A program made the translations under genes and the position numbers. The notes under the pieces were generated by a model, which ran no database searches, was not told the origin of the DNA, and was given only the letters and a program-made list of their open reading frames with translations. This document shows, piece by piece, positions 30,255 to 40,325 of a DNA stretch of 64,000 bases. Each line of letters opens with the position of its first letter. Positions within the stretch are counted from its first letter, which is position 1. This DNA comes from an uncultured Dehalococcoidia bacterium (GTDB taxonomy: Bacteria > Chloroflexota > Dehalococcoidia > Lucifugimonadales > UBA1127): positions 14,527-78,526 of the forward strand of contig CAJWXP010000005.1 of assembly GCA_913049785.1 (NCBI GenBank), read 5' to 3'.

Positions 30255-31286
30255 CTAGGCCAGCGTTGGGGCCACCTGCTTGCCCACTACTTCAGCGATA
30301 GACCGGACACCTTCCATCAACTTCTGGAAGTTCTCAAACGTCAGGGACTGGGGTCCATCTGAGAGGGCTTTGTCAGGGTTGGGATGGACTTCAATCATCA
30401 GCCCGTGAGCCCCGGCGGCCACGGCGGCCAGCGCCATGGGAGCTACCAGGTGCCAGCGGCCTGTGCCGTGGCTTGGGTCTGCGATGACGGGCAGGTGGCT
30501 CAACCGCTTGAGAACCGGTATGGCCGCCAGGTCCAGCGTGTTACGCGTGTAGTCCTCAAAGGTGCGGATGCCTCGCTCGCACAGGATCACCTCTTGGTTG
30601 CCGCCGGCCATGATGTACTCGGCGGAAAGGAGTAGTTCTTCATAGGTGTTGGAGAACCCTCTCTTCAGAAGAATAGGCTTGTTGATCTTCCCTACTTCGT
30701 CCAGCAGGATGAAGTTCTGCATGTTGCGTGCGCCCACCTGAAGGATGTCAGCGTACTCGGCGATGACACCCACGTCCTCCGCTGTCATCACTTCTGTGAC
30801 TACTGGGAGGCCTGTTTCTTCGCGAGCCTTTGCCAGGAGCTTCAGGCCTTCCACGCCCATGCCACGGAAACTGTACGGCGATGAACGCGGCTTGAATGCT
30901 CCCCCTCGGAGTATCCTGGCTCCTGCCTTCCTCGCCATGTGTGCGGTATCCAGGAGCATCTCTTCGCCCTCAACGGAGCAGGGGCCTGACATGACCACCA
31001 TCTCGTCTCCGCCGATGGTGACATCCCCAATGGTGATATGCGTGTCCTCCGGTCGGAAATCCCTTCCAGCGAGCTTGTACGGCTTGGAGACTCGAAGCAC
31101 CTCGACCACGCCTGGAAGCTGCTCCAACTCCATCTGAAGTTCAGGGTAGATGCTGCCGAGGACGCCGATCACGGAGCGTTCTTCGCCGCGCCAGATCGGG
31201 GCTTTGATGCCCGGTTTGCTCTCGATAGCGTTCTGGACTCCATCTATTTCGGCGTCCGTGCAGCCCTGTCTCATCACAACAATCAT
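30255..31286 (-). CDS. aroF: 3-deoxy-7-phosphoheptulonate (DAHP) synthase, type I-beta with N-terminal regulatory domain
   Basis: MIVVM... ferredoxin-like N-terminal domain, then [25 protein letters not shown]. Confidence 0.85.
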   Translation of the reverse strand: MIVVMRQGCTDAEIDGVQNAIESKPGIKAPIWRGEERSVIGVLGSIYPELQMELEQLPGVVEVLRVSKPYKLAGRDFRPEDTHITIGDVTIGGDEMVVMSGPCSVEGEEMLLDTAHMARKAGARILRGGAFKPRSSPYSFRGMGVEGLKLLAKAREETGLPVVTEVMTAEDVGVIAEYADILQVGARNMQNFILLDEVGKINKPILLKRGFSNTYEELLLSAEYIMAGGNQEVILCERGIRTFEDYTRNTLDLAAIPVLKRLSHLPVIADPSHGTGRWHLVAPMALAAVAAGAHGLMIEVHPNPDKALSDGPQSLTFENFQKLMEGVRSIAEVVGKQVAPTLA

Positions 31287-31417
31287 GATTCTGCTCCGTC
31301 AATGATTACAAAAAGGGGAATCGCGCTTGGTTCTACCTCAACCAGTATCCGTGAATGCGTGGGAGGTTGCAATGCGCTCGTAGCGCGAGGGCGAGGACAC
31401 AAGGGGCAAGGCGAATG

Positions 31418-31795
31418 CTACGAGCCTGGCACGCTCCGCTGCCGGAGGTTTTCGGCGCCCCGGAGATACACGTTCTTGATCTCCTCAGGTGCCTTCTCTG
31501 TGTTCGCCAAAACTAACACGCGTATACACATGGGGAGGCCATAGGGCACGTCCATCGCAACGGCATCTGTCAGCGCCACGTACGTCCATCCCAGACGTCG
31601 ACGTGCTACCGATGCCGGATACTCTGCATTCAGGTCTGGTGTGACGAAGAAACTGGCTGCAGCGATAAACTCCGGGTCAAGGCCATTGGCTTCTATCAGC
31701 GCCCTCAGCATCTCCTCAGTGGCGTCATTGATAGCCGCCTTGGTGTTGGCAGAAGCCGTTGTAGCGCCGCGAAATCCCCGGCACATCATGGCCAT
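31418..31795 (-). CDS. aroH: chorismate mutase, AroH class
   Basis: RGFRGATT motif near the N-terminus, a length of about 125 aa, and CIRVL, typical of AroH. Confidence 0.85.
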   Translation of the reverse strand: MAMMCRGFRGATTASANTKAAINDATEEMLRALIEANGLDPEFIAAASFFVTPDLNAEYPASVARRRLGWTYVALTDAVAMDVPYGLPMCIRVLVLANTEKAPEEIKNVYLRGAENLRQRSVPGS

Positions 31796-32613
31796 TATCG
31801 TGTTCCCCCTGTCGTCTCGGGTATGACTCCAAGGCCTTCCATGAAGGCTTTCACTTTCGTGATCCGATCTCCTGGCGAGGCATCTGCGATGACGTCCACC
31901 AGAGCACTGCCCACCGCCACCGCATCAACGATGTCAGCCAGCGCGTCAATGTGCTCTTTACGGGATATTCCGAAGCCCACCGTTAATGGCAGTTCCGTGC
32001 TCTTTCGGACTCTCTGCACCAACGTCGCAGCCTCTGGCGATGGCTCAGACCTTGCTCCTGTAACACCCAACAGACCCACGCAATAGATGAACCCCCGTGC
32101 GGAGGCGCAGGTTTCTTTGATGCGTTCGTCCGTGCTGGTCGGAGCAAGCAACGGTATCAGGGCGATCTCGTGTCGCTGACACGCTTCCAACATCGGGCCT
32201 ATCTCATCCACCGGCAGGTCAGGGATGATGAACCCGTCCACACCGGATTTCTTAGCTGCTGCCGCTACCGCAACAAGCCCGTAAGCCAGGAAGGGATTGT
32301 AGTAACCCATCAGCACAAGAGGAACGCGGACACCTCGTTTTCGCAACTCGGCAGCAACCTCAAGGCATTGGGCCAAAGTCACCCCTTGATTCAATGCGTG
32401 GAAGCTCGATTTTTGGATAGTAGGTCCCTCGCCAAGTGGGTCGCTGAAAGGTACGCCCAACTCTATGACGGCCGCCCCAGCCTGTTCTAAGACCGGTACC
32501 AGTTCCAGGGTGGCCTCCACGTCCGGGAAGCCCACCGTCAAAAACGGCACCATCCGAACAGGATCGCTCGACGACCCCTTTTTGAGCTGCGTTTCAAGCT
32601 GTTTCCAGCCCAT
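31795..32613 (-). CDS. trpA: tryptophan synthase alpha chain
   Basis: PFLTVGFPD, ELGVPFSDPLGEGPTIQ, GFGIS. No trpB lies next to it in this window. Confidence 0.9.
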   Translation of the reverse strand: MGWKQLETQLKKGSSSDPVRMVPFLTVGFPDVEATLELVPVLEQAGAAVIELGVPFSDPLGEGPTIQKSSFHALNQGVTLAQCLEVAAELRKRGVRVPLVLMGYYNPFLAYGLVAVAAAAKKSGVDGFIIPDLPVDEIGPMLEACQRHEIALIPLLAPTSTDERIKETCASARGFIYCVGLLGVTGARSEPSPEAATLVQRVRKSTELPLTVGFGISRKEHIDALADIVDAVAVGSALVDVIADASPGDRITKVKAFMEGLGVIPETTGGTR

Positions 32614-32624
32614 GCCTTACCGCC

Positions 32625-33308
32625 TTAAAATGTTAGCGAGAACGCCAGTGAGTTCTGTATGCTGTGGGCGAAGATGCCAGGCGTAAGTGATTTTGTCTTC
32701 ATGAACACCCAGGCCAGAATCAACCCTGAGAAGAACACCGGTATCAGCGCCCCAATGGAGCCATGACTCAACGAGAAAAGCAATGAAGACCCTATCGCCG
32801 CACCTACCGGGCCAGCCCACGGGATGAGGCCCTGGAGCAAGAACCCTCTGAAAAAGGTTTCCTCTGCGACCGGAGCCATGACGACAACGACGAATGCCAG
32901 CCCCAATCGACTGAGCCCGTTAGGCTTCTCAAAGCTGTCAGAGAGGTCCGGTGGCACCAGCACGTCAATCCCGAGTCCATTCACGATCACTGTATAGACC
33001 CCGCCCACCAGGAGGCTGGCAACTAGGGCGATGAGTGGGATAAGCCAGAAGTGGTATCCCCTGACGCTCCGAAATCCCAGGGTCTCAAAAGAGCATCGGT
33101 ACCGCCTGACGCTGAAGGTCCAGGCCGCCAGGATCAACAAGACCTCAAGCATGCCTCCAGCGAGCAGAGATGCTCCGGTACCGCTGGTTAACCCTACCCG
33201 CTCAAGAATCACCGCAAGGGTAAGCAGTCCGGCGCCTCCAAGCACCACGACAACCATACCTTTTATGGTGTCGCCAAGTCGCCAGGGCGGTGCCATGTTG
33301 CTATCCAC
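32625..33308 (-). CDS. CPBP-family intramembrane glutamic endopeptidase (CAAX protease-like)
   Basis: EETFFRG and FSLSHG motifs in a multi-TM protein. Confidence 0.75.
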   Translation of the reverse strand: MDSNMAPPWRLGDTIKGMVVVVLGGAGLLTLAVILERVGLTSGTGASLLAGGMLEVLLILAAWTFSVRRYRCSFETLGFRSVRGYHFWLIPLIALVASLLVGGVYTVIVNGLGIDVLVPPDLSDSFEKPNGLSRLGLAFVVVVMAPVAEETFFRGFLLQGLIPWAGPVGAAIGSSLLFSLSHGSIGALIPVFFSGLILAWVFMKTKSLTPGIFAHSIQNSLAFSLTF

Positions 33309-33411
33309 TGAGCGTGAACCTCATGGGGGTAAATGCAGATTCTGAGGACGGTGGGTATCATATCACGCAGCTACAAGCGGAACAATGTGACTAAGCGATG
33401 GAGCAGTTCAC

Positions 33412-33453
33412 ATAAAAACCAACATCCCTCAGTGGTGTGAGAGATGCTGGTTT
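33412..33453 (-). terminator. rho-independent terminator after acpP
   Basis: On the minus strand: AACCAGCAUC, a 16-nt loop, GAUGUUGGUU (one G-U pair), then UUUUAU. Confidence 0.55.
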
Positions 33454-33494
33454 ACTAAATCAACGAGAAGCGAGTTAACGCAAGGGGCGGAAGT

Positions 33495-33755
33495 TTAGCT
33501 GTCTTGTGCGCCCTTGGATTTCAGGAAGTCCACAGCGTTCTGGACTGTGCGGATATTCTCTGCGTCTTCATCAGAGATCTCCAGGGCGCTATCAGCTTTT
33601 GAAAATTCCTCTTCAAAGGCCATGATCAACTCAACTAGGTCAAGGGAATCGGCGTTAAGATCTTCAGTGAATGATGCCGCAGGTGTCACCTGTTCGTCGT
33701 TCACTCCCAACCGTTCCGCAACCAGTCCCTTAACTCGTTCTTCTACGGTAGCCAT
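33495..33755 (-). CDS. acpP: acyl carrier protein
   Basis: [19 protein letters not shown], containing the DSL phosphopantetheine serine motif. Confidence 0.9.
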   Translation of the reverse strand: MATVEERVKGLVAERLGVNDEQVTPAASFTEDLNADSLDLVELIMAFEEEFSKADSALEISDEDAENIRTVQNAVDFLKSKGAQDS

Positions 33756-33788
33756 GTGCGTTGTCCTCCTCGTTCCTTATCCTGTTTA

Positions 33789-34286
33789 TCAACCTTGAAT
33801 CGTGTCTTGCAGGGATCCTAATACTCCATTGATGAACCGGGGGGAGCTCTCTCCACCAAACAGTTTTGCCAGCTCCACCGCTTCGTTGATCACTACTTTA
33901 GGGGATACGTTTTTGCTGACGGTCAATTCATAAACAGCCAGCCGTAGCAAGCTTCTGTCTACCAGAGAAAGTTGGCTAACCGGCCAGGCAGTAGCGTATT
34001 CCTGAATTGTTTCGTCTAAAGCTACATGCTGCTCGTTGACTCCGGCAACCAATTCCCTTGCGAATTCCTCGCCGGAAGCAGGCAGATTGCTGTCATCCAG
34101 GAGAGCCTGCAGCACATCGTCGATTTGGTGCTGGGTTGCATCCAATTCAAAGAGCGCTTGAAGCGCAAGGGCTCTGGCTCGACGACGTGGAGGGAGTTTC
34201 GCTGAACTCCAATCCTCCTCGTCCGGAGGGGGATCGAGCGCGATTGTCTCAGCCGGTAACGCTTGTTGTGAGGTCACTAAATTCAT
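33789..34286 (-). CDS. nusB: transcription antitermination factor NusB
   Basis: ATG at 34286 (MNLVTSQQ) overlaps the fabD TGA as [20 protein letters not shown] and [24 protein letters not shown] are NusB-like. The longer track ORF (to 34457) overlaps fabD. Confidence 0.85.
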   Translation of the reverse strand: MNLVTSQQALPAETIALDPPPDEEDWSSAKLPPRRRARALALQALFELDATQHQIDDVLQALLDDSNLPASGEEFARELVAGVNEQHVALDETIQEYATAWPVSQLSLVDRSLLRLAVYELTVSKNVSPKVVINEAVELAKLFGGESSPRFINGVLGSLQDTIQG

Positions 34287-35254
34287 CCTACGAGGGATTG
34301 CAGACTTTTCACATCGTTGACGGCTGTCACCTGTGCGTCCGGGCATATCCGGCGAATCAAGCCGGAGAGTACCTTCCCAGGGCCGATCTCGTAGAACTGC
34401 GTTACTCCAGCGTCCCAGAGATAGGCCATGGAGCGTCTCCACTGCACGCACCCACACATCTGGTGAAGCAGTTCTTCCTTGATCTCGTCTCCACTGGTGA
34501 TGGGGTTGGCGTCGCAGTTGGCAATGATCGGAACGCTAGGAGTGTTGAAGTGGGTTTCGTTCATCGCCTTGGTCATCCCAGCGACTGCAGGCTTCATAAA
34601 GTCTGTGTGGAATGCGCCACTGACCTGTAGCGTGATGAGTCTTTTGGCTCCGCGGGCGCTTGCCAAGTCCATGGCGCGGGCCAGCGTGATCTTGTCACCG
34701 GCAATGACAACCTGGTCTTCAGCGTTGACGTTGGAGATGTATGCTCCGGTCTCTCTGCATATCTCTTCAATTGTCAGTTCATCCAAACCAAGAACGGCAG
34801 CCATGCCACCCTGATGGGTTTGCGACGTCTCATGCATCAACCGGCCTCGCTCCTGCACCAACCGCACCGCATCAGTGATGCTTAGTACGCCGGTTGCAGC
34901 CAGGGCAGAGTATTCTCCCAAACTATGCCCTGCCGCAAAGTCAGGGAGAGGCATGACTTCTGGTCCTGCGGCCTCCTGTACAGCGCTCAGCGTAGCTAAG
35001 CTAGCTGTAAGGATTGCGGGTTGTGCATTGATAGTGAGGTTCAATTCTTCTATCGGGCCTTCAAACATCAACTCTGTGAGCGGCCTACCAAGGGCCTTGT
35101 CTGCTTCGTCAAAGACTCGACGCGCAACGGGGGATGCTTCATAAAGATCTTTTCCCATACCAACATGTTGCGAACCTTGGCCGGGAAACACGTACGCAAC
35201 CTTTGATGATGTGACATCCGGTGATGTGACATCTCCTAAGGTGGAATTCTTCAT
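34283..35254 (-). CDS. fabD: malonyl CoA-ACP transacylase
   Basis: FPGQGSQ and [13 protein letters not shown] at 35254 follows AGGAG. Confidence 0.9.
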   Translation of the reverse strand: MKNSTLGDVTSPDVTSSKVAYVFPGQGSQHVGMGKDLYEASPVARRVFDEADKALGRPLTELMFEGPIEELNLTINAQPAILTASLATLSAVQEAAGPEVMPLPDFAAGHSLGEYSALAATGVLSITDAVRLVQERGRLMHETSQTHQGGMAAVLGLDELTIEEICRETGAYISNVNAEDQVVIAGDKITLARAMDLASARGAKRLITLQVSGAFHTDFMKPAVAGMTKAMNETHFNTPSVPIIANCDANPITSGDEIKEELLHQMCGCVQWRRSMAYLWDAGVTQFYEIGPGKVLSGLIRRICPDAQVTAVNDVKSLQSLVG

Positions 35255-35339
35255 CAGAAACTCCTGTTTCCTGCTTAAGGGCCTGAGGGCCCATATATTC
35301 ACTTTGGTAAGGTGGCTGAATAGGGTACCAGGAAGAGGT

Positions 35340-35537
35340 TTAGCCTCTCTCCTGACTTATTGGCACAGAGATAACTTCACGGTCCTTGTAATACCCACAG
35401 ATAGGGCATATACGGTGGGGAAGCTTGGGGCTGTGACAGTGTGAGCAATAAGAAATCCCACGCCCACTCATAACAAAATGAGAAGCACGGGATCGTTGCT
35501 TCGATTTGGATAGTTGCTTTTTAGGTTGTGCGCCCAC
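35340..35537 (-). CDS. rpmF: 50S ribosomal protein L32
   Basis: PKKQLSKSKQRSRASH... followed by a CxxC...CxxC zinc ribbon. Confidence 0.9.
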   Translation of the reverse strand: MGAQPKKQLSKSKQRSRASHFVMSGRGISYCSHCHSPKLPHRICPICGYYKDREVISVPISQERG

Positions 35538-35549
35538 TGTTGGCCCCTT

Positions 35550-36095
35550 CTAGGACCCCTTATCTGTGGACGGAAGAAGTTCTAACAAACGTTCCCAGCG
35601 GGGATCTACTGTCCTTACTTCGCAGTGACACTCAGCTTCGTTGCGGTTGATACCGCATTCTGGACAGATACCCGCACAATCTGGCTTGCAGAGAGGTTTC
35701 ATTGGCAACTGGGATATGATGTTCTGCCTCAAGGCCTCTCTTGTATCTAGCACATTTGTTGGGCTTATTCGGAAAGCCTCTTCTTCCAATACTGGGGCAG
35801 CTATCGCAGCTCCAGTGGTAAGTTCCACAGCAGGGTAAAATTGTTCGTTTATCTCTGTGTTCAAGGGAGAGTCAAAACCCTCTAGACATCGGCTGCACTG
35901 GGATGAGACTTCTGCTTTGAGACGTCCCTTAACCCAGATTCCTATGTCTGTTCGGGTAAACTTCAGCCATCCCTCCAAACGTGTTGCTTCAATATCGTCC
36001 AAGGCGACATTTGCCTCCTGGACCTGGTGCTGCCGTACGGAGCCTATGGGCTCTTGTAGCATTTGTGCGACGTTGTACTGCATATGTCCTTCCAT
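35550..36095 (-). CDS. yceD: YceD/DUF177 family protein
   Basis: Classic position upstream of rpmF. C-terminal KPDCAGICPECGINRNEAECHC. The start is ATG at 36095 or 36083. The upstream part of track ORF 35550..36344 covers the promoter region. Confidence 0.75.
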   Translation of the reverse strand: MEGHMQYNVAQMLQEPIGSVRQHQVQEANVALDDIEATRLEGWLKFTRTDIGIWVKGRLKAEVSSQCSRCLEGFDSPLNTEINEQFYPAVELTTGAAIAAPVLEEEAFRISPTNVLDTREALRQNIISQLPMKPLCKPDCAGICPECGINRNEAECHCEVRTVDPRWERLLELLPSTDKGS

Positions 36096-36116
36096 ATCGT
36101 CGACACACCGAAAGGC

Positions 36117-36146
36117 ATTGTAGTCACCTCGATCTCCTGGTGTCAA
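36117..36146 (-). promoter_or_regulatory. sigma-70-type promoter for the yceD-rpmF-fabD-nusB-acpP cluster
   Basis: On the minus strand: TTGACA (36146-36141), an 18-nt spacer, TACAAT (36122-36117). It lies about 20 nt upstream of the yceD start. Confidence 0.45.
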
Positions 36147-36295
36147 GCGTGATACACACAAATTTTGATACCTTAATATCAACCTAGTAGCCGCTAAACA
36201 CCCCGCGGAGGACAGAACGATGCAGCGAGACTCCGGAGATGCTGGAGTTTGTGACGACTCTTTGGTGCGTGTGACATCAAATCCAGGCTGTTGAT

Positions 36296-37024
36296 TCATA
36301 CCCCTAGTGAAGGTGTGGTCAGGGCGCGCTCTGAGGCTCCCCATCGATCGGCGTGGAGAGCCGCCTTGTCTTGGAGCATGCGCTGATATTCTGGCTCCTG
36401 GATCTTCCCGGTGGTCATGATGAAAGCGTCTTCATTGTTATCGCTGTAATACCGTTTCCTGGAGCCCACGATCTCAAACCCGTATTTCTTGTAGAGGGTC
36501 TGGGCCAGGGTGTTGCTGATCCTGACCTCAAGCGTTACCACATCGGCGTTGCGAAGAATTGCGAGCTCTATGCACCCGATGAGCAGGAGCTCCCCGATAC
36601 CCCTGCCTTGGTAGAACTCCCGCACCGCAATGGCAGTGACGTGGGCCTCGTCCGCCATGAACCACATGCCGACAAACCCCGGGATGACATCCCAACGGAT
36701 CGCCTGCGGGTCATCGCGCCTGGACCGAAGGCCTATCCTTGGCCAGACTCCTTGCAGCAATCGCTTCAACATGGAGTCGTTAGGGGTTATGTCAACAGAT
36801 GGTTCTGGTTGTTCAGCCTCTGCGATTTCTTCCGTGGGCACGTAACACACCAGGTATCGCGCCAGTCGGTTACTGAGCTCTTTGCGAAAAGGTGTGGGTG
36901 GCCAAGTGGTAGGGAAAGCCTCCATCTCGATCTCTGCGACGGCCTTCGAGTCATCCGGCAGCATCGGTCGGAGAGAATAGGCCATGTACTCGGTTGCCAC
37001 CGGTTCTTGTTCAACAGCGCTCAT
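36296..37024 (-). CDS. rimI: GNAT N-acetyltransferase, ribosomal-protein-alanine acetyltransferase (RimI)-like
   Basis: ATG at 37024 after GAAGGA. EIEMEAFPTTWP, QGRGIGELLL, YKKYGF. Confidence 0.7.
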   Translation of the reverse strand: MSAVEQEPVATEYMAYSLRPMLPDDSKAVAEIEMEAFPTTWPPTPFRKELSNRLARYLVCYVPTEEIAEAEQPEPSVDITPNDSMLKRLLQGVWPRIGLRSRRDDPQAIRWDVIPGFVGMWFMADEAHVTAIAVREFYQGRGIGELLLIGCIELAILRNADVVTLEVRISNTLAQTLYKKYGFEIVGSRKRYYSDNNEDAFIMTTGKIQEPEYQRMLQDKAALHADRWGASERALTTPSLGV

Positions 37025-37178
37025 GGGTAGTCCTTCAGTGTGCTGGGCATTAGATTTTACCACGTGACAAGTAGCGGGATAAAATCGCCCTCAAAATTGC
37101 TCTGATGTACTGCTCACCTTTTGCTTATCCCAACCGTTATAGTATTGTGCACAGGGTCAACAGTGATCACCAACTGCA

Positions 37179-37778
37179 TTGCAGAACATCCTTCGCGGAG
37201 GCCATGTGCAAGAAGACATCGAACCACTGGTGCGTGCAGCCCAGGAGGGTAACTTATCGGCTTTTGGGAGTATTTATGAGTCCTTCTTCCCAAAGGTGTA
37301 CCGATATGTTGCCGCGCGGGTAGGGTACGGGCCGGAGGCAGAGGACATGGCGCAAGAGGTGTTCTTGAAAGCGATGAACTCTCTGGACAAGTTCCAGTTT
37401 CGGGGGCCACCGTTCGCGGCTTGGTTGTTCCGCATCGCCCACAACCTGGTGGTGGACAGGGCACGGCACACCAAGAGCACGTCCGGCCCGCCTGTACCTC
37501 TCGACGAGGCTTTGGCGCTCCCAGACTCTCAGAATGTAGAGGAACAGGCGCTTCAGTCCATGGACGTGGAGGTCTTGAGGGGGGCACTGGAAAAAGTCTC
37601 TGATCTTCAGCGGCAGGTGGTGTTACTACGGTTCATAGCAGGGTTGTCATTAGCGGAAACAGCCGTTGCCATGAACCGTAAAGAGAACGCCATCAAAGCC
37701 CTTCAACACTCGGCGTTGGGGGCACTTAGGCGGATCATGCTCCCGATTGTTTCAGAGTCCGCAGCGAGGCAGCAATGA
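37179..37778 (+). CDS. ECF-subfamily RNA polymerase sigma factor
   Basis: Region 2 (FGSIYESFFPKVYRYV..., DMAQEVFLKA) and region 4 (LQRQVVLLRFIAGLSLAETAVAM). The start could be GTG 37206, after GGAGG. Confidence 0.85.
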   Translation: MQNILRGGHVQEDIEPLVRAAQEGNLSAFGSIYESFFPKVYRYVAARVGYGPEAEDMAQEVFLKAMNSLDKFQFRGPPFAAWLFRIAHNLVVDRARHTKSTSGPPVPLDEALALPDSQNVEEQALQSMDVEVLRGALEKVSDLQRQVVLLRFIAGLSLAETAVAMNRKENAIKALQHSALGALRRIMLPIVSESAARQQ

Positions 37779-38668
37779 GCAACAAAATCGACATAGAAAT
37801 ACTGAATACGTGCCTGGAGCTCCTTGCGCAAGAGGGCACTATCGAGGCATGTCTTGAGCGTTTCCCTGACGCCGCTGCTGAACTGGAACCGATGCTTCTC
37901 ATCGCTTCGCAGACCCAGCATGTCGGCGAGAGCATCGCAACCCCGGCAGACGCGCAACGTGTCGGGCTTGGCCGCATCACGGACGCATGGGCCGCTAAGC
38001 AGGCCAAACGCAGTAGCCGACGATGGCGCGTCTTCCGTCCACTGGCCAAGTCCTGGGCGGTAGCAATGATCGCCGTCATGGTCCTGGCGTTTGGTGGATG
38101 GACCACATCAACCGCTGCGGCCGGGAGCGTGCCCGGAGAGGTCCTCTACCCGGTGAAGCAGGCCCAGGAGCGCATCCGTCTTGTGGTGTCGTTCTCAGAC
38201 CGAGGCAAGGCGGAGCTCCATGCCAAGTTTGCCCAGGAGCGGACTCAGGAGATCGATAAGCTGGCGTCTCGCGGCAGGAGCCAGGCGGTAATGGACAGGA
38301 CTGCCGAGCGTATGGCCAACCACACTCGTCGAGCGGTGGTGCTTATGGGCGGTGTCCTGCCGAATCCGGTGCCCGCTACAAGCGATTTCACCGCACCAAC
38401 AACCCCATCGATCCGCGTGACCCTTGACCCGGCATCCGGACTCATCACCATCAGCGAGAACAAGAGTTCACGCGAGCGCTACGTTATGCAGGAGCGGTTC
38501 CTCCGACAGTACCGGAACTTCCAGGAGATGCAGGAACGGATAGCGCTTCAGACGCAACCCAGCCAACGAGCGCGTATGGAGGAATCCTTCCATCGCTCCC
38601 GAGAGCTTCTGCGCCGGGCGATTCTGGCCATGAAGGCCCTTGAGGAATCTGAGTCACGCCAACGCTAG
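37775..38668 (+). CDS. putative anti-sigma factor (single TM, DUF5667-like periplasmic/extracytoplasmic part)
   Basis: ATGA overlap with the sigma factor gene. One TM (WAVAMIAVMVLAFGGW) separates an N-terminal helical domain from a C-terminal coiled region. Confidence 0.55.
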   Translation: MSNKIDIEILNTCLELLAQEGTIEACLERFPDAAAELEPMLLIASQTQHVGESIATPADAQRVGLGRITDAWAAKQAKRSSRRWRVFRPLAKSWAVAMIAVMVLAFGGWTTSTAAAGSVPGEVLYPVKQAQERIRLVVSFSDRGKAELHAKFAQERTQEIDKLASRGRSQAVMDRTAERMANHTRRAVVLMGGVLPNPVPATSDFTAPTTPSIRVTLDPASGLITISENKSSRERYVMQERFLRQYRNFQEMQERIALQTQPSQRARMEESFHRSRELLRRAILAMKALEESESRQR

Positions 38669-38829
38669 TCACTCCGTAACGTGGGCAAAAGTGGCTCCGA
38701 TTCTCCTTGAACCACCTGCCCCTGCTGTGCTGTAATCGCCCCATCCCCAAACCGCCTTGCGAGTGGCGATTCTAAACAGGTGGCCTCAATGCCGTTCATT
38801 CTCCATAGCAGCCCCTTGGCGGTCACGAC

Positions 38830-39351
38830 ATGACCGGCGCATGTCTTGATAAAAGCAGCATTGCACAGATGCTGGAAGCCAACCCTCCCCTGATTGAGGG
38901 ATATCCGGACCTGACTGCTCAACTCCAACCGAATGGGTTCGATCTGACACTGGCGGAGGTTGCAGCGTTCGGAGAGCCGGGAGTGCTTGGTGAGACCAAC
39001 GCCCAGCGGTTCCTGGCCGAAGCTACGCCCCTCTCGTTCGCTTCCGACGGCATGCTTCGACTGGAGCCAGGGGCGTACCGGGTGACCTTCAATGAGACTG
39101 TGAACCTGCCTCTGGACATCATGACGCTATGCCAGTCTCGTTCCAGCCTGTTGCGGTCAGGGGTGGCGATTCACGCCGGGGTTGGGGACGCAGGGTATCG
39201 CGGGCACTATCAGGCGCTCATGGTCGTGTACCACCCAGGCGGCTTCACCGTGGCCAGGAACGCCCGCGTGCTGCAACTCGTATTCTTCCGGTTGGAGCTG
39301 CCAGCATCAGAGGGCTATCAGGGTAGGTTCCTTGAGGAGAACCTCCTGTAG
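38830..39351 (+). CDS. dCTP deaminase / dUTPase-superfamily protein
   Basis: LQPNGFDLTL, SSLLRSGV, GVGDAGYRG motifs of the trimeric dUTPase/Dcd fold. Confidence 0.7.
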   Translation: MTGACLDKSSIAQMLEANPPLIEGYPDLTAQLQPNGFDLTLAEVAAFGEPGVLGETNAQRFLAEATPLSFASDGMLRLEPGAYRVTFNETVNLPLDIMTLCQSRSSLLRSGVAIHAGVGDAGYRGHYQALMVVYHPGGFTVARNARVLQLVFFRLELPASEGYQGRFLEENLL

Positions 39352-39390
39352 CCCCCAGCGCTCTATTTCTTTGCAACTCCGGGGCGTTCT

Positions 39391-40287
39391 TTATTTCTTC
39401 ACTTTGGCGATGACCTCTTCGCCGAACTGCTTCAGCTGGTCCTCCACCATGTCGCCGGGGAACTGAAGCTGGAACGTGTCCACACCCAGCTCCACATACT
39501 CGTCGATGATCTCAAGGATCCTGGCGGCATTGCCCATGAGCCCGCCACGTCGACCCATCGTCTCGGGGATGACGTCGTTCGGGTCTTTGTCGCCGATGTA
39601 GCCCGTGCCGTTCAGCACTCGCCTTATGGTACGGGGGTCTCGCCCCGCCTCCTCGGCGCCTGCCTCCACCTGACCCAGCAGCCCCAGATACTGTTCATGG
39701 GTTTCCGGCCAGCCGCCGTTCTTGATCCACCCCTCGGCCTGAGCGCCGGTGTACTTGAGCATTCGCGCGCCACCTGCGCCAATGATGAAGGGTATGGTGC
39801 CCAACGGCTTCGGCGGCGATGTGGCATCGGTGACGCTGAACTGCCGCCCTTCGTACGAGAAGGTTTCGTTGGCCCAGAGGCCTCGCATGATGGCGATGGC
39901 GTCTTCAAGGTCGGTCACACGCTCGCCAGCCGTGCCGAAGGGTGTGCCGATGGCGCGATAGTGAGCCTCTTGCCCCCCAGCGCCTAGCGTCAGGATGACT
40001 CGACCGCCCCCGGTCATCACGTCCAGGCTTGAAGCCATCTTGGCCAGCAGCGCGGGGTTCCGCAGAGGTACGTTCAACGTGGAATGGGTCACAGCGATCT
40101 TCTTGGTCTGAACCGCAATCGCTGTGGCAAAGGTCCAACCCTCAAGGTTGGGTTCTGGAGGCCTATCGCTGAAGGAGATGACATCAAAGCCGGCGTCTTC
40201 CGCAGTCTTGGCCACGGACAGTACCTTCTCGTATGACATCCCTCTGGGGTTGATACCGAATCGGACTGCGTTTGTGCTCTTCGCCAT
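39391..40287 (-). CDS. LLM-class (luciferase-like) flavin/F420-dependent oxidoreductase
   Basis: ATG at 40287 after AGGAAG. FGINPRG..., SLDVMTGGRVILTLGAGG, and a typical TIM-barrel LLM layout. Confidence 0.8.
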   Translation of the reverse strand: MAKSTNAVRFGINPRGMSYEKVLSVAKTAEDAGFDVISFSDRPPEPNLEGWTFATAIAVQTKKIAVTHSTLNVPLRNPALLAKMASSLDVMTGGGRVILTLGAGGQEAHYRAIGTPFGTAGERVTDLEDAIAIMRGLWANETFSYEGRQFSVTDATSPPKPLGTIPFIIGAGGARMLKYTGAQAEGWIKNGGWPETHEQYLGLLGQVEAGAEEAGRDPRTIRRVLNGTGYIGDKDPNDVIPETMGRRGGLMGNAARILEIIDEYVELGVDTFQLQFPGDMVEDQLKQFGEEVIAKVKK

Positions 40288-40325
40288 GGTTCTTCCTTTC
40301 AAATATTATGATGTGTTATGTGAAG

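Noticed and set aside
34287-34457. N-terminal extensions suggested by the longest ORFs: nusB (to 34457), yceD (to 36344), phhB (from 57819), mazG (from 19020), SBP (from 7605), larC (from 9576).
   Set aside because: The extensions overlap the preceding gene or a promoter, lack family similarity, and internal starts with proper SD sequences give canonical N-termini.
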